DNA of 64,000 nt from an uncultured Acidobacteriota bacterium (GCA_963804995.1 CAWDSK010000003.1:992001-1056000), one strand, 5' to 3'; shown: positions 1-10,876, numbered from the stretch's first letter. Program-made: numbers and translations. The notes: a model not told the origin generated them from the letters alone.

Positions 1-150
1 TAATGACATTGGGACGTTGACGCGAACCGTCTCGCCCTGGCTGCCCGAGCTCACCACGCGAACATGAATCCATTGGTCGGCTTCGGCAGCCATCGCTGTG
101 GCGCCTGCCGCGAGCAGTAAAACTGAAAGCCCCATCAGCTCTTTCCTCAC
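1..150 (-). CDS. Exported hypothetical protein, N-terminal part (runs off window)
   Basis: Manual translation from GTG at 150: MRKELMGLSVLLLAAGATAMAAEADQWIHVRVVSSGSQGETVRVNVPMSL; signal-peptide-like start; GGAGG RBS upstream. Confidence 0.7.
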   Translation of the reverse strand, partial: MRKELMGLSVLLLAAGATAMAAEADQWIHVRVVSSGSQGETVRVNVPMSL

Positions 151-296
151 AAGGCACCTCCCCTTTTCCTGATTTCCAATCTTTCCTCTCACCTCCTCCA
201 ACGAAGCAAGCGACGCAAAAGTTCCAAATATCTTTGCGCGCATTTCACGCGGCGCGCCCAGCCCTCGGCGGGGCAACGTGACATTCGCCCCAAGCC

Positions 297-558
297 AGCG
301 GCGCGGGCCATGTTTCGTAGCGCGGGCCCCCGCCTTTGGGGTCCGCGGTTCTTAGTTTGCACAACCCGCAAATCTCCAACCTGAGAGGCTGTAGCACAGC
401 CACTCCTGGCTGTGTCGCTAAGCTCGAACGACAAGCCGTATTCACAGGCAAGAGTGCCTGTGCTACCACGGGCGGCTGCATCGTGCCTATAGCTTGGCCA
501 CGATACCTTCGCTCCCCTGACGCACGAAAAGCCGCCCCGATGCATCGGGGCGCTGCGC
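297..558. repeat. Composite REP/REPIN element, copy 1 (GTAG-CGCGG outer arms with nested 76-bp GTAG-CACAG REP doublet at 391-466)
   Basis: GTAG-started hairpins; near-identical sequence at 1605-1833 and 5733-5963, and inverted at 30999-31152. Confidence 0.85.
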
Positions 559-777
559 TCGCTCGCGCAGAATCCCTCTCCGTACCTGGCCGAAAGTAAA
601 GTTCCACCAGGGCATTGCCAAACATGCTATAAGCTGACTTGCGTGGCGGCATCGGTTGTGAAAGCAGGGGTGTGGATCACCCGGGTCGGCAAGGCTGGCT
701 GGAGGCGGGAAACAGACCAAACCAGATAATTAGTCAGCCGGCAAATCACAATGCAGTTCCCGGCATAGGCCAATTCA

Positions 778-1560
778 ATGTTCTCTGGAATTGTCTTGAT
801 GGTGGGGATCGGCACGGGACTTTTCTGCTTCTTCAAGGGACTCCGCATTTACAGGAAATATCGTGTGCTCGCAGATACTCCGGAGTCTTCCCTTCATGGC
901 CTCGCCATCGGTTTTGTGGAAGTCCACGGGAAGGCACAGCCCGCCCAAGGTCGGCTGGTGAACAGCCCGGTGACCCGAACCCCCTGCCTCTTTTATAAAG
1001 TGGAGATCAAGAAATTCGCAGAAGGCCCGCACGGGGGGCACTGGTCGCCTTGCCGGACTGTGGCGGAAGGCGTGCCCTTTTACCTCACGGACGGCACGGG
1101 TAAAGCACTGGTGGACGCTCACAGGGCGGAATGCGACTTGATACGCACCGCCTGGCGCGAAACCGGCGGCGTCAGCCTGCAGGGTATTTACGAGGCCGTC
1201 CGGGAGCTTCGCTCACCCCCGAGATTCCTGGTCGACGACTGTGAGCTGATCAACTACGCCGAGTCGCTGAGTTCATCGGAACTCCCTTCCAGGCGCTACC
1301 AATTCGCCGAATACTGCCTTCTTCCCGAGCACTGGTACGATTTAGCGGGCACGTGTGTCGAAAACCCCGAACCCCTGGACGAGGACGACCGGAATATGAT
1401 CGTGAAGGGCCTGGACGTGCCGACCTTCCTAATTACCTGGCGGAGTGAGGCAGGGATAAAACAGTTGTTGCGAAATCAGGCAGCAAAGTACGTATTCGGC
1501 GGCGGAACCCTCGCCATCGCTTCCTTGGGTTTCTTGTTGTCCAAGCTCGGCTGGCTCTGA
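778..1560 (+). CDS. GIDE-domain (E3-ligase-like) membrane protein
   Basis: N- and C-terminal TM segments; 'ADTPES..LAIGFVEVHGKA...SPVTRTPCLFY...PFYLTDGTGKALVD' pattern. Confidence 0.7.
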   Translation: MFSGIVLMVGIGTGLFCFFKGLRIYRKYRVLADTPESSLHGLAIGFVEVHGKAQPAQGRLVNSPVTRTPCLFYKVEIKKFAEGPHGGHWSPCRTVAEGVPFYLTDGTGKALVDAHRAECDLIRTAWRETGGVSLQGIYEAVRELRSPPRFLVDDCELINYAESLSSSELPSRRYQFAEYCLLPEHWYDLAGTCVENPEPLDEDDRNMIVKGLDVPTFLITWRSEAGIKQLLRNQAAKYVFGGGTLAIASLGFLLSKLGWL

Positions 1561-1604
1561 ACAGCCGGGAGAAAATCACTCGGGAATTACGCCGGAATGC
1601 AAGT

Positions 1605-1833
1605 GCAGCGCGGACCTCTTTTGTAGGTCCGCGGTTCTTCGTATTGAGAAGCCGGCAAAGCTTGAACCCCGACGACTGTAGCACAGCCACTCCTGGCTGT
1701 GTCGCTAAGCTCGAACCTCGAGCCGCATTCACGGGCAGGAGTGCCTGTGCTACCACGGGCGGCTGCGTAGCACCACGATACATTCGCCCAGATAAAGCAG
1801 GAATAACCGCCCCGAAGCATCGGGGGCGCCACG
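1605..1833. repeat. Composite REP/REPIN element, copy 2 (nested 76-bp doublet at 1678-1753)
   Basis: Shares GTAGCACAGCCACTCCTGGCTGTGTCGCTAAGCTCGAAC...GAGTGCCTGTGCTAC with copies 1 and 3. Confidence 0.85.
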
Positions 1834-2303
1834 CTTGCCCTGGAAAGTTCATCCGGTCCCGTAGGCCTGGAAGCGGGGCCCACTTGGACGGCAAGGCTGT
1901 CTGAAACGTGTCAAAACAGGGATGGGGAAGATTGTGCAATATTAAACAAACAGCTTAAATCTCGATATGATAAGCTTTTATACATCCCGGAATTCACAGA
2001 TGCAGACCCTCGCGTAGACGCCGGAGAACTCTATGAAAACCCCCAGGAACAATGCATCTCGATTCGTGTCTTTCGCCGGACGCCGGACAGGGATGGGAGG
2101 ATGATCTGGTATTTATCCGTGTGCGCAAGGGCTGGAAGCAATGTATTATTTTTCCCACCAACTAAGTTTTCTGCTGGATCGTTGGCGGACGCGTGATTTA
2201 TTTTGTAGGGTAACCGTACCTCAAAGACTATCGGGCGCTAAACCGTCCGGTCGCACAATTTAACCATACGGCATGGGCTTTCGCTGCCGCCCTGGAGGTT
2301 AAC

Positions 2304-3999
2304 ATGAGAGGCAAGCTCCGGATTGTTCTCATCATCACTGGTGTTCTGATTGTCCTGGTTCTCGTCGCTCCATTCTTTATCCCCGTCAATCAATTCCGCC
2401 CGACCATTGAAGAAAAAACTTCCACCGCCCTGGGACGCAAAGTAACGGTCGGAAACCTGAGCCTCTCGCTCCTCAGTGGCTCGCTTTCCGCCGAGAATCT
2501 CGCGATCGGTGACGATCCCAAGTTCAGTTCGTCGCCCTTCCTCACCGCCAAATCGCTGAAGGTGGGCATCGAAATCATGCCGCTGATTTTCTCGAAGGCA
2601 ATCAACGTTACGGGCGTCACGATTGATGGACCACAAGTGACGCTGCTTCGGAATGCAGCCGGCCAGTGGAACTATTCTTCCCTCGGTGGCTCCTCCACTC
2701 CCGCAAAATCTCCGAGTCCGTCATCCTCTCCCACGAACTTCTCCGTTAAGGAAGTCCAGCTCAAGGACGGCAGGGTCGTTATCGGCTCCACGAATTCGCA
2801 GAAGCACACCACATACGATCACGTGAACATCACTGCTACTGACGTTTCCATGACCTCGAAAATTCCGGTCAACGTCAGCGTCGATCTTCCCGGAGGTGGT
2901 AACTTCAAGCTGGAGGGCACTGTCGGCCCTATCGATCTGGCCGACACTTCACTGACTCCGCTCGACGCCAAGCTCCATGTCGGTTCTTTAAATCTCGCCT
3001 CGACGGGTTTCCTCGATCCGACCCTGGGACTCGGAGGCATTATCGATCTCGACGGCACGATCGCCTCCGCAAGCGGTGAAGCTGAAACCAAGGGCAACGC
3101 CAAACTCTCCAAAGCTTTGTTGATTGCCGGGGGAACGCCCGCCGGGATTCCTGTCACTGTGGATTTCAATACCAAGTACAATCTCCGAAAGAGCTCCGGG
3201 GTCCTCAGTCCTTCCACCCTGAAGATCGGCGGTGCGGCGGCCAGGATGGCGGGCACCTATGAGATGGGGGGCGAGTCCGCCGTCATCAACATTAAGCTCG
3301 ATGGAAAGGATATGCCCGCCAAAGACCTCGAAGCTTTTCTCCCCGCCCTGGGGATCAGCGTTCCCAAAGGTGCTTCGCTAGAGGCCGGGACGCTCAACAC
3401 CGATCTCAGTCTCAATGGGCCAATCAGCAAACTGGTCACCACCGGCACGGCAGGTCTCTTTAAAGGAAAGCTTGCTAACTTCGATCTGGGCTCAAAGATG
3501 TCCGCCATCTCGGCGCTCACCGGCGTCAAGACCGGCAAGGACCTCGACATCGAGAGCCTCACCTCGAATCTCCGCATGGCGCCTGACGGCCTCCAAGCCG
3601 ACAATTTCAATGCGGTCGTCCCTACGCTGGGCACTCTTATTGGCGCCGGCACCATCGATGCCAAGAACAATCTTGATTTCAAAATGGTGGCCACGCTTTC
3701 GAGTTCTCCTAGCGCCCCGACCAGCGAGGCGGCGGGTGGCGCTCTGGGAGGGTTACTGGGAAGAGTAGCTGGCGGCGGTGGCGGCTCGGCTGCGATTAAG
3801 GGCCAGCGCATTCCGTTCCAGATTAAGGGCACCACTTCGGATCCCAAATTCGTTCCTGACGTTCGGCGGGATTGCCGCTGGTATGCTCAAATCACGACTC
3901 GGCAACCTGGTTTCTCCCGGCGCCACGTCGCAACAGCCGCAGGGCACCAACAATCCGCTCGGCTCACTCGGCGGCCTGTTCAAAAAGAAGACACCCTGA
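2304..3999 (+). CDS. AsmA family protein (frameshift near 3863)
   Basis: N-terminal TM followed by AsmA-like beta-rich sequence; natural C-terminus 'GGIAAGMLKSRLG...LGGLFKKKTP' lies in the 3778-3999 frame. Confidence 0.8.
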
Positions 4000-4101
4000 C
4001 GCCTGGCTTAAATGCGCGGTGTGTGAGTTTGATGTGCTTGCAGATTATTCGTAATCCAACGTTGAGTCTCTGAAAGTACGAAAAGGCGAAGGGAGGATCA
4101 C

Positions 4102-4347
4102 ATGCACATTTTATGGTGGATCATCGTTGGCCTGATCGCAGGATGGGCGACGGGGAAAATCATGAAGGGTTCTGGGTACGGCACCCTCATGGATATCGTG
4201 ATTGGCATCGTGGGGGCCCTCGTCGGCGGGTTCATCATGCGCTCCCTTGGATTTACGGGGGGAGGCGGGATGATTTACACGATCGCAGTTGCCATTATGG
4301 GTGCGGTTCTCCTTACTGTAGTCGTGCGGTTCCTCAAGAAGGCATAG
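4102..4347 (+). CDS. GlsB/YeaQ/YmgE (transglycosylase-associated) membrane protein
   Basis: 81 aa, 'WIIVGLIAGW...DIVIGIVGALVGG'; GGAGG RBS. Confidence 0.9.
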   Translation: MHILWWIIVGLIAGWATGKIMKGSGYGTLMDIVIGIVGALVGGFIMRSLGFTGGGGMIYTIAVAIMGAVLLTVVVRFLKKA

Positions 4348-4602
4348 GTTATTACGGCTCGTTGGACTCCAGCAGCAAGTCCGGTGGTCGTTTCGGCAAG
4401 ACTCGGAACGGTCGGGGGTTCATTGGTGGCGGACGCTGCCGCCCCGAGCTGGGTACAGGTCCCCCAAGGTCCGCGGCTTTCACTTTGTGCAGCAGAATTC
4501 TTGTGCCGTGGGCTCTGGCTGAGGCGTCAAAAGGAAAAGCCCAGAGCACTACTCTGCCGTAGCCACCAGACACCTCACGCCTGAAGTTGGTTGTAGAATC
4601 AA

Positions 4603-4896
4603 TTATTTCTTCGTTGGCGGCGCCGCCGGCTTGGTAGCAGCTGCCGGTTTCACCTCGATCGTCGTGGCCTTCATTAGGTACTCAATGGTCACTTTGGACC
4701 CCACCTTTAGGTCTCCGGTGACTTTTGTGGTCTTGTCGAGCGCAATCTCCCACTTCTCCGCTCCCTTTTGTACTGTAATGACATCACCCTTAATGTCCAA
4801 AACAGGCCCGGTGACTTGATAGGTCTTGGGGTTGGCAGCGAAGAGCATCATGGAGATCAATAGAAGAACAGAAAACAGCACCACGAAGCGTTTCAT
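4603..4896 (-). CDS. Small exported beta-barrel-like hypothetical protein
   Basis: Signal peptide MKRFVVLFSVLLLISMMLFA; 'TYQVTGPVL...GDLKVGSKVTIEY'; AAGGAG RBS. Confidence 0.75.
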   Translation of the reverse strand: MKRFVVLFSVLLLISMMLFAANPKTYQVTGPVLDIKGDVITVQKGAEKWEIALDKTTKVTGDLKVGSKVTIEYLMKATTIEVKPAAATKPAAPPTKK

Positions 4897-5196
4897 AATT
4901 AAGGTCTCCTTGTGCGCCGGATCAAACCGGCGAGGGGTAGTGAACGAGCCAGGATTATTATTCAAGCATCCTGGGTTGCGATAGTATAATCCCGCCGACT
5001 CGTTCGAAATCACAATTTTTCCGCCCAGGGGCCAGCGCCGCTGGCCCCTACACACATTCGGTGGGTTGGAACACGGCATTATCGGGTCATCGAGCCGTAT
5101 TCACAGGCAGGAGTGCCTGCGCCAGGCCAGGATTCAGTCGCTCAATTGACGCATGAAGAACCCAAACCTCAACAGAGGAGGTCTGACGCGCTACAC

Positions 5197-5634
5197 TTAC
5201 TTCGCGGGGGCAGGGGGGGTAATAAGGTCGGCCAGTAACTCCAGAACTTGCCGCTCGATCATATCGCGCGCGGTGCGGAAAGACTCCCGGCCCTTGGCAT
5301 AGGGATCGGGGATATCCCATTCCACAAAGCGCCCTTTGAAGCTCACTGGGACGGAACAGTAAACCTCTCGGCCCATACTAACAACCACGTCCATCTCACT
5401 CATGGAAACATCCCGCAGGCCTTTGGAGCTCTGACCGTCGAGCGCGATTCCCTTTTCGAGCATCACCTCGTAGGTTTCCGTCGTGATCACTCCCAAAGGG
5501 TGCGAGCCGGCGCTGAACGCCTGCACCTTGCCCTTGCCGAAGTGATTGGCCCACGCTTCCGCCATCTGGCTGCGGCAGGAATTGCCGATGCAGACGAAGA
5601 GGATTTTTACGGGATGGTCGGTGGCTTGGGCCAT
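5197..5634 (-). CDS. arsC: Arsenate reductase / low-molecular-weight phosphatase family
   Basis: CIGNSCRSQMAE motif, SAG, 'WDIPDPY'; resolving Cys residues appear incomplete. Confidence 0.8.
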   Translation of the reverse strand: MAQATDHPVKILFVCIGNSCRSQMAEAWANHFGKGKVQAFSAGSHPLGVITTETYEVMLEKGIALDGQSSKGLRDVSMSEMDVVVSMGREVYCSVPVSFKGRFVEWDIPDPYAKGRESFRTARDMIERQVLELLADLITPPAPAK

Positions 5635-5653
5635 TTTGTCACGGGGCGAAGGA

Positions 5654-6057
5654 TCGAAACTCGAAGGTCGAAACTCGAAATTCGAAACTCGCAGATGTAC
5701 CGAATTTCGTGTCTCGTGGGCAGCTAGCACCCGTAGCGCGGTCCCCCGTTTTGGGGGTCCGCGGTTCTTCGCATTGGAAACCCCGCAACCTGAGCAACTG
5801 TAGTAGCACAGCCACTCCTGGCTGTGTCGCTAAGCTCGAACCCCGAGCCACATTCACAGGCAGGAGTGCCTGTGCTACCACAGGCAGCAACATCACTCTA
5901 CGATACATTCGCTCCAATGGCGCACGAAGAACCGCAGACCTCAACGGCGGAGGTCTGCGCTACCATGTGTGGGCGTGGGTAGCAATGAAATCAACAAAGG
6001 ATGTACCGAGTTTCGATTTTCGATTTTCGAGTTTCGAATTTCCAGTTTCGACTTTCG
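5654..6057. repeat. Inverted pair of TCGAAAC/GTTTCGA heptamer tracts (5654-5691, 6007-6057) enclosing composite REPIN copy 3 (5733-5963)
   Basis: Read directly from sequence. Confidence 0.85.
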
Positions 6058-6067
6058 CAGGCAGCTA

Positions 6068-6661
6068 TTATGCCGCCGCATCGCTCAATTTCTTCAGAAA
6101 GTACTGGTGAATCGTGGGGTCATCGGTTAGTTCCGGGTGAAACGTCGCCACCAGGATGTTTCCCTGCTCAACCAGCACGGGGAGGTTCCCGCACCGGCCC
6201 AGCACACGCACGTTTTCGCCCACCCGCCGGATAATGGGCGCGCGGATGAAGACCATTTCCACGGGGCGGTCGGCAAGCTCAGGACACTCGCCCGGCTGCA
6301 CGGAGCTATCAATCTGGCGCCCATAGGCATTGCGCTCAACTGCAATATCAATTAATCCCAGCTTTTCCTGCGAAGGGTTCAGCACTTCCTTCGCCAGCAG
6401 AATCGCCCCCGCGCAGGTACCGAAGATGGGCTTCCCTGCCGCCGCGAAATCCTGGATGGCCGCGCCCATGCCTTCATTGGCGAAGAATTTCAGCATGGTG
6501 GTGCTCTCACCGCCGGGCAGGATGAGCCCGCTGACTTCCCCCAGTTCCGACACGTGCTTCACCAGCTTCCAAGGCGCCCGGATGCGTTCCAGCATCTTGG
6601 CGTGCATGGCAAAATCACCCTGGATGGCCAGGATGCCGACGGGTTTGTGGCCGTTGTTCAT
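6068..6661 (-). CDS. pdxT: Pyridoxal 5'-phosphate synthase glutaminase subunit
   Basis: GILAIQG, PGGEST, GTCAG, RNAYGRQ, FIRAP, FHPE motifs. Confidence 0.97.
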   Translation of the reverse strand: MNNGHKPVGILAIQGDFAMHAKMLERIRAPWKLVKHVSELGEVSGLILPGGESTTMLKFFANEGMGAAIQDFAAAGKPIFGTCAGAILLAKEVLNPSQEKLGLIDIAVERNAYGRQIDSSVQPGECPELADRPVEMVFIRAPIIRRVGENVRVLGRCGNLPVLVEQGNILVATFHPELTDDPTIHQYFLKKLSDAAA

Positions 6662-6676
6662 AGGTTGAAGAGCGCT

Positions 6677-6809
6677 GTCCGTGGTCCGTTGTCAGTGGTC
6701 CGTGGCCGGCTGTCAGTTGTTCGTCATCAGGCTTCTTGCACACACTCCATCTTGCGGGGAGCAGCACATATGCGCAGAACAACGGACGACGGACAACGGA
6801 CCACTGACA
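6677..6809. repeat. Inverted heptamer tracts (GTCCGTT/GTCAGTG vs AACGGAC/CACTGAC) between pdxS and pdxT
   Basis: Arms at about 6677-6719 and 6779-6809. Confidence 0.75.
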
Positions 6810-6816
6810 GCTTTCC

Positions 6817-7704
6817 CTACCACCCCCGCGTCTGCAACAATTCCTTGGGATCCATCTTCTGCACGTCGAGGCCTTTCATGGCTTCGCCCACTTCGGCGGA
6901 GCACTCAGCCACGACTGCCGGCTCGTTGTAGTGCGTGGTGGCGCGGACGATGGCTTTGGCGCGCTGCGCAGGGTCGGTGGATTTGAAGATGCCTGAACCC
7001 ACGAACGTGGCCTCTGCGCCGAGTTGCATGACCAGCGAGGCGTCGGCGGGCGTCGCAATGCCACCGGCCGAGAAATTCGGCACCGGCAGTTTGCCATTCT
7101 GGCTGACCCACTTCACCAGGTCGTAGGGCGAGCCCAGTTCCTTCGCCTTGTGCATCAACTCTTCTTCCCGCAGCGTGGTGAGCAGGCGAATCTCACTGGT
7201 AATGGCGCGCATGTGGCGCACAGCCTCAACGATGTTTCCCGAACCCGCTTCGCCCTTGGTGCGGATCATTGCCGCGCCTTCGCCGATACGCCGCAACGCC
7301 TCACCCAGATTGCGCGCGCCGCAAACGAACGGCACCTTGTACGACCACTTGCTGATGTGGTGCTCCTCATCCGCCGGGGTCAACACTTCACTCTCATCGA
7401 TGTAATCCACGCCCACGGCTTCAAGCACCTGCGCTTCCGCAAAGTGGCCGATGCGCACCTTGGCCATGACCGGAATGGTGACAACCGCCATGATTTCCTT
7501 GATGATTTTGATGGAGGCCATGCGGGCTACTCCGCCTTCCTTGCGGATGTCCGCCGGCACCCGCTCCAGCGCCATAACCGCCACGGCGCCTGCGTCTTCT
7601 GCAATCTTGGCCTGCTCGGCAGTGGTGACGTCCATAATCACCCCGCCCTTCAACATTTCCGCCAAACCCACTTTCAATTTCATTTGCTGATCATATTCCC
7701 ACAT
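6817..7704 (-). CDS. pdxS: Pyridoxal 5'-phosphate synthase lyase subunit
   Basis: [47 protein letters not shown]. Confidence 0.98.
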   Translation of the reverse strand: MWEYDQQMKLKVGLAEMLKGGVIMDVTTAEQAKIAEDAGAVAVMALERVPADIRKEGGVARMASIKIIKEIMAVVTIPVMAKVRIGHFAEAQVLEAVGVDYIDESEVLTPADEEHHISKWSYKVPFVCGARNLGEALRRIGEGAAMIRTKGEAGSGNIVEAVRHMRAITSEIRLLTTLREEELMHKAKELGSPYDLVKWVSQNGKLPVPNFSAGGIATPADASLVMQLGAEATFVGSGIFKSTDPAQRAKAIVRATTHYNEPAVVAECSAEVGEAMKGLDVQKMDPKELLQTRGW

Positions 7705-7719
7705 GACATTACTCCTTCT

Positions 7720-9270
7720 TTAGGATTTCTGGGCCGCAGCCCGCTGACTGCGCAAGGCTTCCGGCCGGAGCGCGGCATCTGTCTCCCGGCCCAAACGCGT
7801 GATAATAGCAGGAAGGGCCCGAATATCGGCAAGCGAAGTGCGAAAATTTACGATGCAGGCACGCAGCCAGAATACTCCGCCATTGACCGCGTTGGTCAGG
7901 AACGCTTCGCCACTCTTCTGCAACCTGACCAGCAATTCGCTGTTGAGCTCGTTGAGGTACGCCTCTACCTTTTCGTCGCCGGGGGCAAGATCGCGCGGCA
8001 CATAGCGGAAAGTTGAAATGCTCAGCCCCTGCCGGAAGGTCTGCAACTCCGGGTCAGCCGCGGCCAGCTCGTGCAGGGTCTTGGCGAGGCCGATGTCATC
8101 CGCAATCATGCGCGCATAACCTTCCCGCCCCACCTGGCGCAAGGCGAGCCAGATCTTCAGGGCGCGGAAGCCTCGCGAATTCTCCGGCCCATATTCGAAA
8201 AAGTTAAGGGCCTCGTCCTGCTGCAACATCTGGTAATACGCCGGCGAGTGCGGCGTGAAAGCAGCACGTAACGCCTGACGATCACGCACCAGGGCGCATC
8301 CGGCCTCAAGAGGCGCGTAAAGCCACTTGTGCGGATCGACGGCCACGGAATCCGCTTCGCTGAGCCCGCGCAAATCCGCCGACGCATCGGGCAAGACCGC
8401 CGCAAATCCGCCGTAAGCGCCATCCACGTGGAACCACAGTCCGTGTTCGCGCGCGATGGCGGCGATTTCCGGCAGGGGATCAATCGCGCCGGTGCTGACC
8501 GTGCCCGCCGTCCCGACCACCATAAACGGCAAATCACCCTTGGCCTTGTCCGCCCGGATTCGCTCCCGCAATTCGGTGGTATTGATGCGCTGGTCGGACC
8601 CGGCCGGGATCCAAACCAACGAATCTAGCCCTAGCCCAAACAGGTCTGCCGCCTTGTGAATCCAGGTATGGGTTTCGGACGAAATGTACACCCGCAGTGT
8701 CCCATTTGCGGGGCTCCCAGAGGCAGCGGGGGCGTTGTCCCACGTACTCTTGGCTTTGCGCCCGGCAAGCAGTCCCACAAAATTTGCCATGGTTCCGCCG
8801 GTTACAAGCACGCCGCCAGCTTCGCGCGGGTAGCCTATCATGTCGGCAATCCAGCGGATGGTCTGCGCCTCGATTTCGCTCGCCATCGGAGAGAGAACCC
8901 ATCCGCCGCAATTGGGATTTATCGCCGCCGCCAACAACTCCCCCAGCACGCCAATTGGAGCCGCGGGTGAAGTGATGAACCCCATGAAGCGCGGATGGCC
9001 ATTGAAAAGGGAATGGTCCACCAGCAAGCGCGCGGCTTCATCCAAAAGTTTTCCGGCAGGAGTGCCCTGCTCCGGAAGTGGACCATCCCCGAGAATGGCC
9101 CGGATTTCCCGCGGCGATTCACCCGGACTCACGGCGCGGCTCGGCAATGACTTCAGGAACTCAGCAACGCAATCGACAAGCCGATAACCGAGGGCGCGAA
9201 ATTCCTCCGGGCTCATTTCGAGCGGCGCCCTGCGAGTTTCTTTGGTCCGACTTTTCGCGATAGCTTCCAT
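7720..9270 (-). CDS. Group II PLP-dependent decarboxylase (aromatic-L-amino-acid decarboxylase-like)
   Basis: HPRFMGFI, GGTMAN, GTVSTGAIDPL, WFHVDGAYGG, DPHKWL, SRGFRALKIW. Confidence 0.92.
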   Translation of the reverse strand: MEAIAKSRTKETRRAPLEMSPEEFRALGYRLVDCVAEFLKSLPSRAVSPGESPREIRAILGDGPLPEQGTPAGKLLDEAARLLVDHSLFNGHPRFMGFITSPAAPIGVLGELLAAAINPNCGGWVLSPMASEIEAQTIRWIADMIGYPREAGGVLVTGGTMANFVGLLAGRKAKSTWDNAPAASGSPANGTLRVYISSETHTWIHKAADLFGLGLDSLVWIPAGSDQRINTTELRERIRADKAKGDLPFMVVGTAGTVSTGAIDPLPEIAAIAREHGLWFHVDGAYGGFAAVLPDASADLRGLSEADSVAVDPHKWLYAPLEAGCALVRDRQALRAAFTPHSPAYYQMLQQDEALNFFEYGPENSRGFRALKIWLALRQVGREGYARMIADDIGLAKTLHELAAADPELQTFRQGLSISTFRYVPRDLAPGDEKVEAYLNELNSELLVRLQKSGEAFLTNAVNGGVFWLRACIVNFRTSLADIRALPAIITRLGRETDAALRPEALRSQRAAAQKS

Positions 9271-9339
9271 GCCGATTCCCTTTGCAGGTACTGATTACGC
9301 CGCCCCCGGGCATAAGCCCAGCGCAACAAGGCGCGAAAC

Positions 9340-10860
9340 TTAAACCAGCGCCACGCTCGCGCCAGGCCGCGGGCTGAGTCTCCCTTTCTTCGCCCGGCGC
9401 ATCTCCGCTTTCAGGAGTTCGCCCAGAATCGCAATGCCCTTTTCAATCTTATCATCGGACAGCGCTGTGTAACATAACCGCAGCGCGTTGTGCTTGGGAT
9501 TCTGAAAGTAGAAATAACGCGCGGGGGCGAAGATCACGCGGCGCTCTCGTGCTTTCACAAGAAGTTCCGAAGCATCCAGGTACCCCGGCAATTCCACCCA
9601 AACCGACATGCCGCCTTCGGGATAGCTCACGTGCACCTCGGTTGGAAATTCGCGCCCCGCCGCGTTCCGGAGCACGTCCTGCTTGTGGGCATAAACCTTG
9701 CAGGTTTTGCGAATCCATTTGTCAAGCCAGCCGCGCCTCCCCAGTTCCTGAACAACCGCCTGCCCCAATAGGTTCGTGTGCAGGTCGGCGCGCTGCTTGG
9801 CCCAGCGGAGACGCTCAATCACCTGACGCGAAGCCACCATCCAACCCACACGCAGGCCGGGCAGTCCGACTTTCGAAAAGCTGTTCAGATAAATGACCAA
9901 GCCCGCCGTGTCCAGGGCCTTCAACGGAGGAATTTGCCGGCCGCGATAGCGCAGCGCGCCGTAAACGTCGTCCTCAATAATCGGAACCTGAAACCGTGTG
10001 GCGAGATCCAGCAAACGCTTCCGGGCCGCAAGCGGCATCGTAAAGCCCGTAGGATTCTGGAAATTCGGGCTGCAAAAAATAAGTTTGATGCGTGTCTGCT
10101 CAAGCAAAGCCTCCAGCGCATCGAGATCCAGGCCTTGCGCCGTAACCGGAACGCCAATCAGGCGGACCCCAGGCGAATCGAAAACATTCCACAGGCCGGT
10201 GTAGGTGGGATTTTCGCAGATGACGGTTTCACCAGGAGATATGAGCGCGCGGCGCAGCAGGTTGAGCGATTGCTGACAGCCGTGCGTCACCAGAATCTCC
10301 TCGAGCTCCACGGGGATGCCGTCGCGTCTGAGACGCGTCTGTAAATAGATTTTGAGTGGCTGATATCCGTCCGTGGAACCATATTGCACCAGGCGTCCGC
10401 CTTCACGGCGCATGACGGCGTCCGTAGCGCGGCGGACCAAGTCCGGGGGCGTCAACTCTTCCGCACCGTGGGCGGCGGCGAAGGAGATGACACCCTCTTC
10501 CATAGAACTGGCCATCAAGCGGCCCAAAGAATCATCGTGCGGCTCTTCCGGAAAGAAGCTCTCCCAGAAAAGATCATTGGCGAGGCGGCGCGACATACCC
10601 TGGGGAGCGCGCAGCGTCTCGGCGAGTAGCGTCACGAAGGTGCCGCGCCCTACCGTCCCCTGAATGAGGCCCTCGGCTTCGAGGTCAGCGTAGGCGTTCC
10701 CCACCGTCGTGCGATGAACCCCCAACTGGTGGGCCAAGTCTCGGCTGGGCTCCAAACGGTCACCAGGCTTCAGACCGCCAGTCACGATGCGTTCGCGAAT
10801 CTGGTCGCGTATCTGAACATAGAGCGGCTTGCGCAAACTTGAATCCAGTGTCACGAGCAT
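9340..10860 (-). CDS. MocR/GabR-family regulator (GntR HTH plus aminotransferase domain), probable PdxR
   Basis: PLYVQIRDQI...SRDLA..LGVHRTTV..AY; PNFQNPTG, IIEDDVY, SFSKVGLPGLRVGW; lies upstream of pdxST. Confidence 0.9.
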   Translation of the reverse strand: MLVTLDSSLRKPLYVQIRDQIRERIVTGGLKPGDRLEPSRDLAHQLGVHRTTVGNAYADLEAEGLIQGTVGRGTFVTLLAETLRAPQGMSRRLANDLFWESFFPEEPHDDSLGRLMASSMEEGVISFAAAHGAEELTPPDLVRRATDAVMRREGGRLVQYGSTDGYQPLKIYLQTRLRRDGIPVELEEILVTHGCQQSLNLLRRALISPGETVICENPTYTGLWNVFDSPGVRLIGVPVTAQGLDLDALEALLEQTRIKLIFCSPNFQNPTGFTMPLAARKRLLDLATRFQVPIIEDDVYGALRYRGRQIPPLKALDTAGLVIYLNSFSKVGLPGLRVGWMVASRQVIERLRWAKQRADLHTNLLGQAVVQELGRRGWLDKWIRKTCKVYAHKQDVLRNAAGREFPTEVHVSYPEGGMSVWVELPGYLDASELLVKARERRVIFAPARYFYFQNPKHNALRLCYTALSDDKIEKGIAILGELLKAEMRRAKKGRLSPRPGASVALV

Positions 10861-10876
10861 ATGGCCGGAACTCCTC

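Noticed and set aside
189..720. Several short ORFs sharing VAQALLPV / STATPGCVAKLE peptides (also at 1.6, 5.7 and 31.2 kb)
   Set aside because: Translations of the REPIN, not a protein family.
7024..8016. 330-aa plus-strand ORF
   Set aside because: Antisense shadow of pdxS and the decarboxylase.
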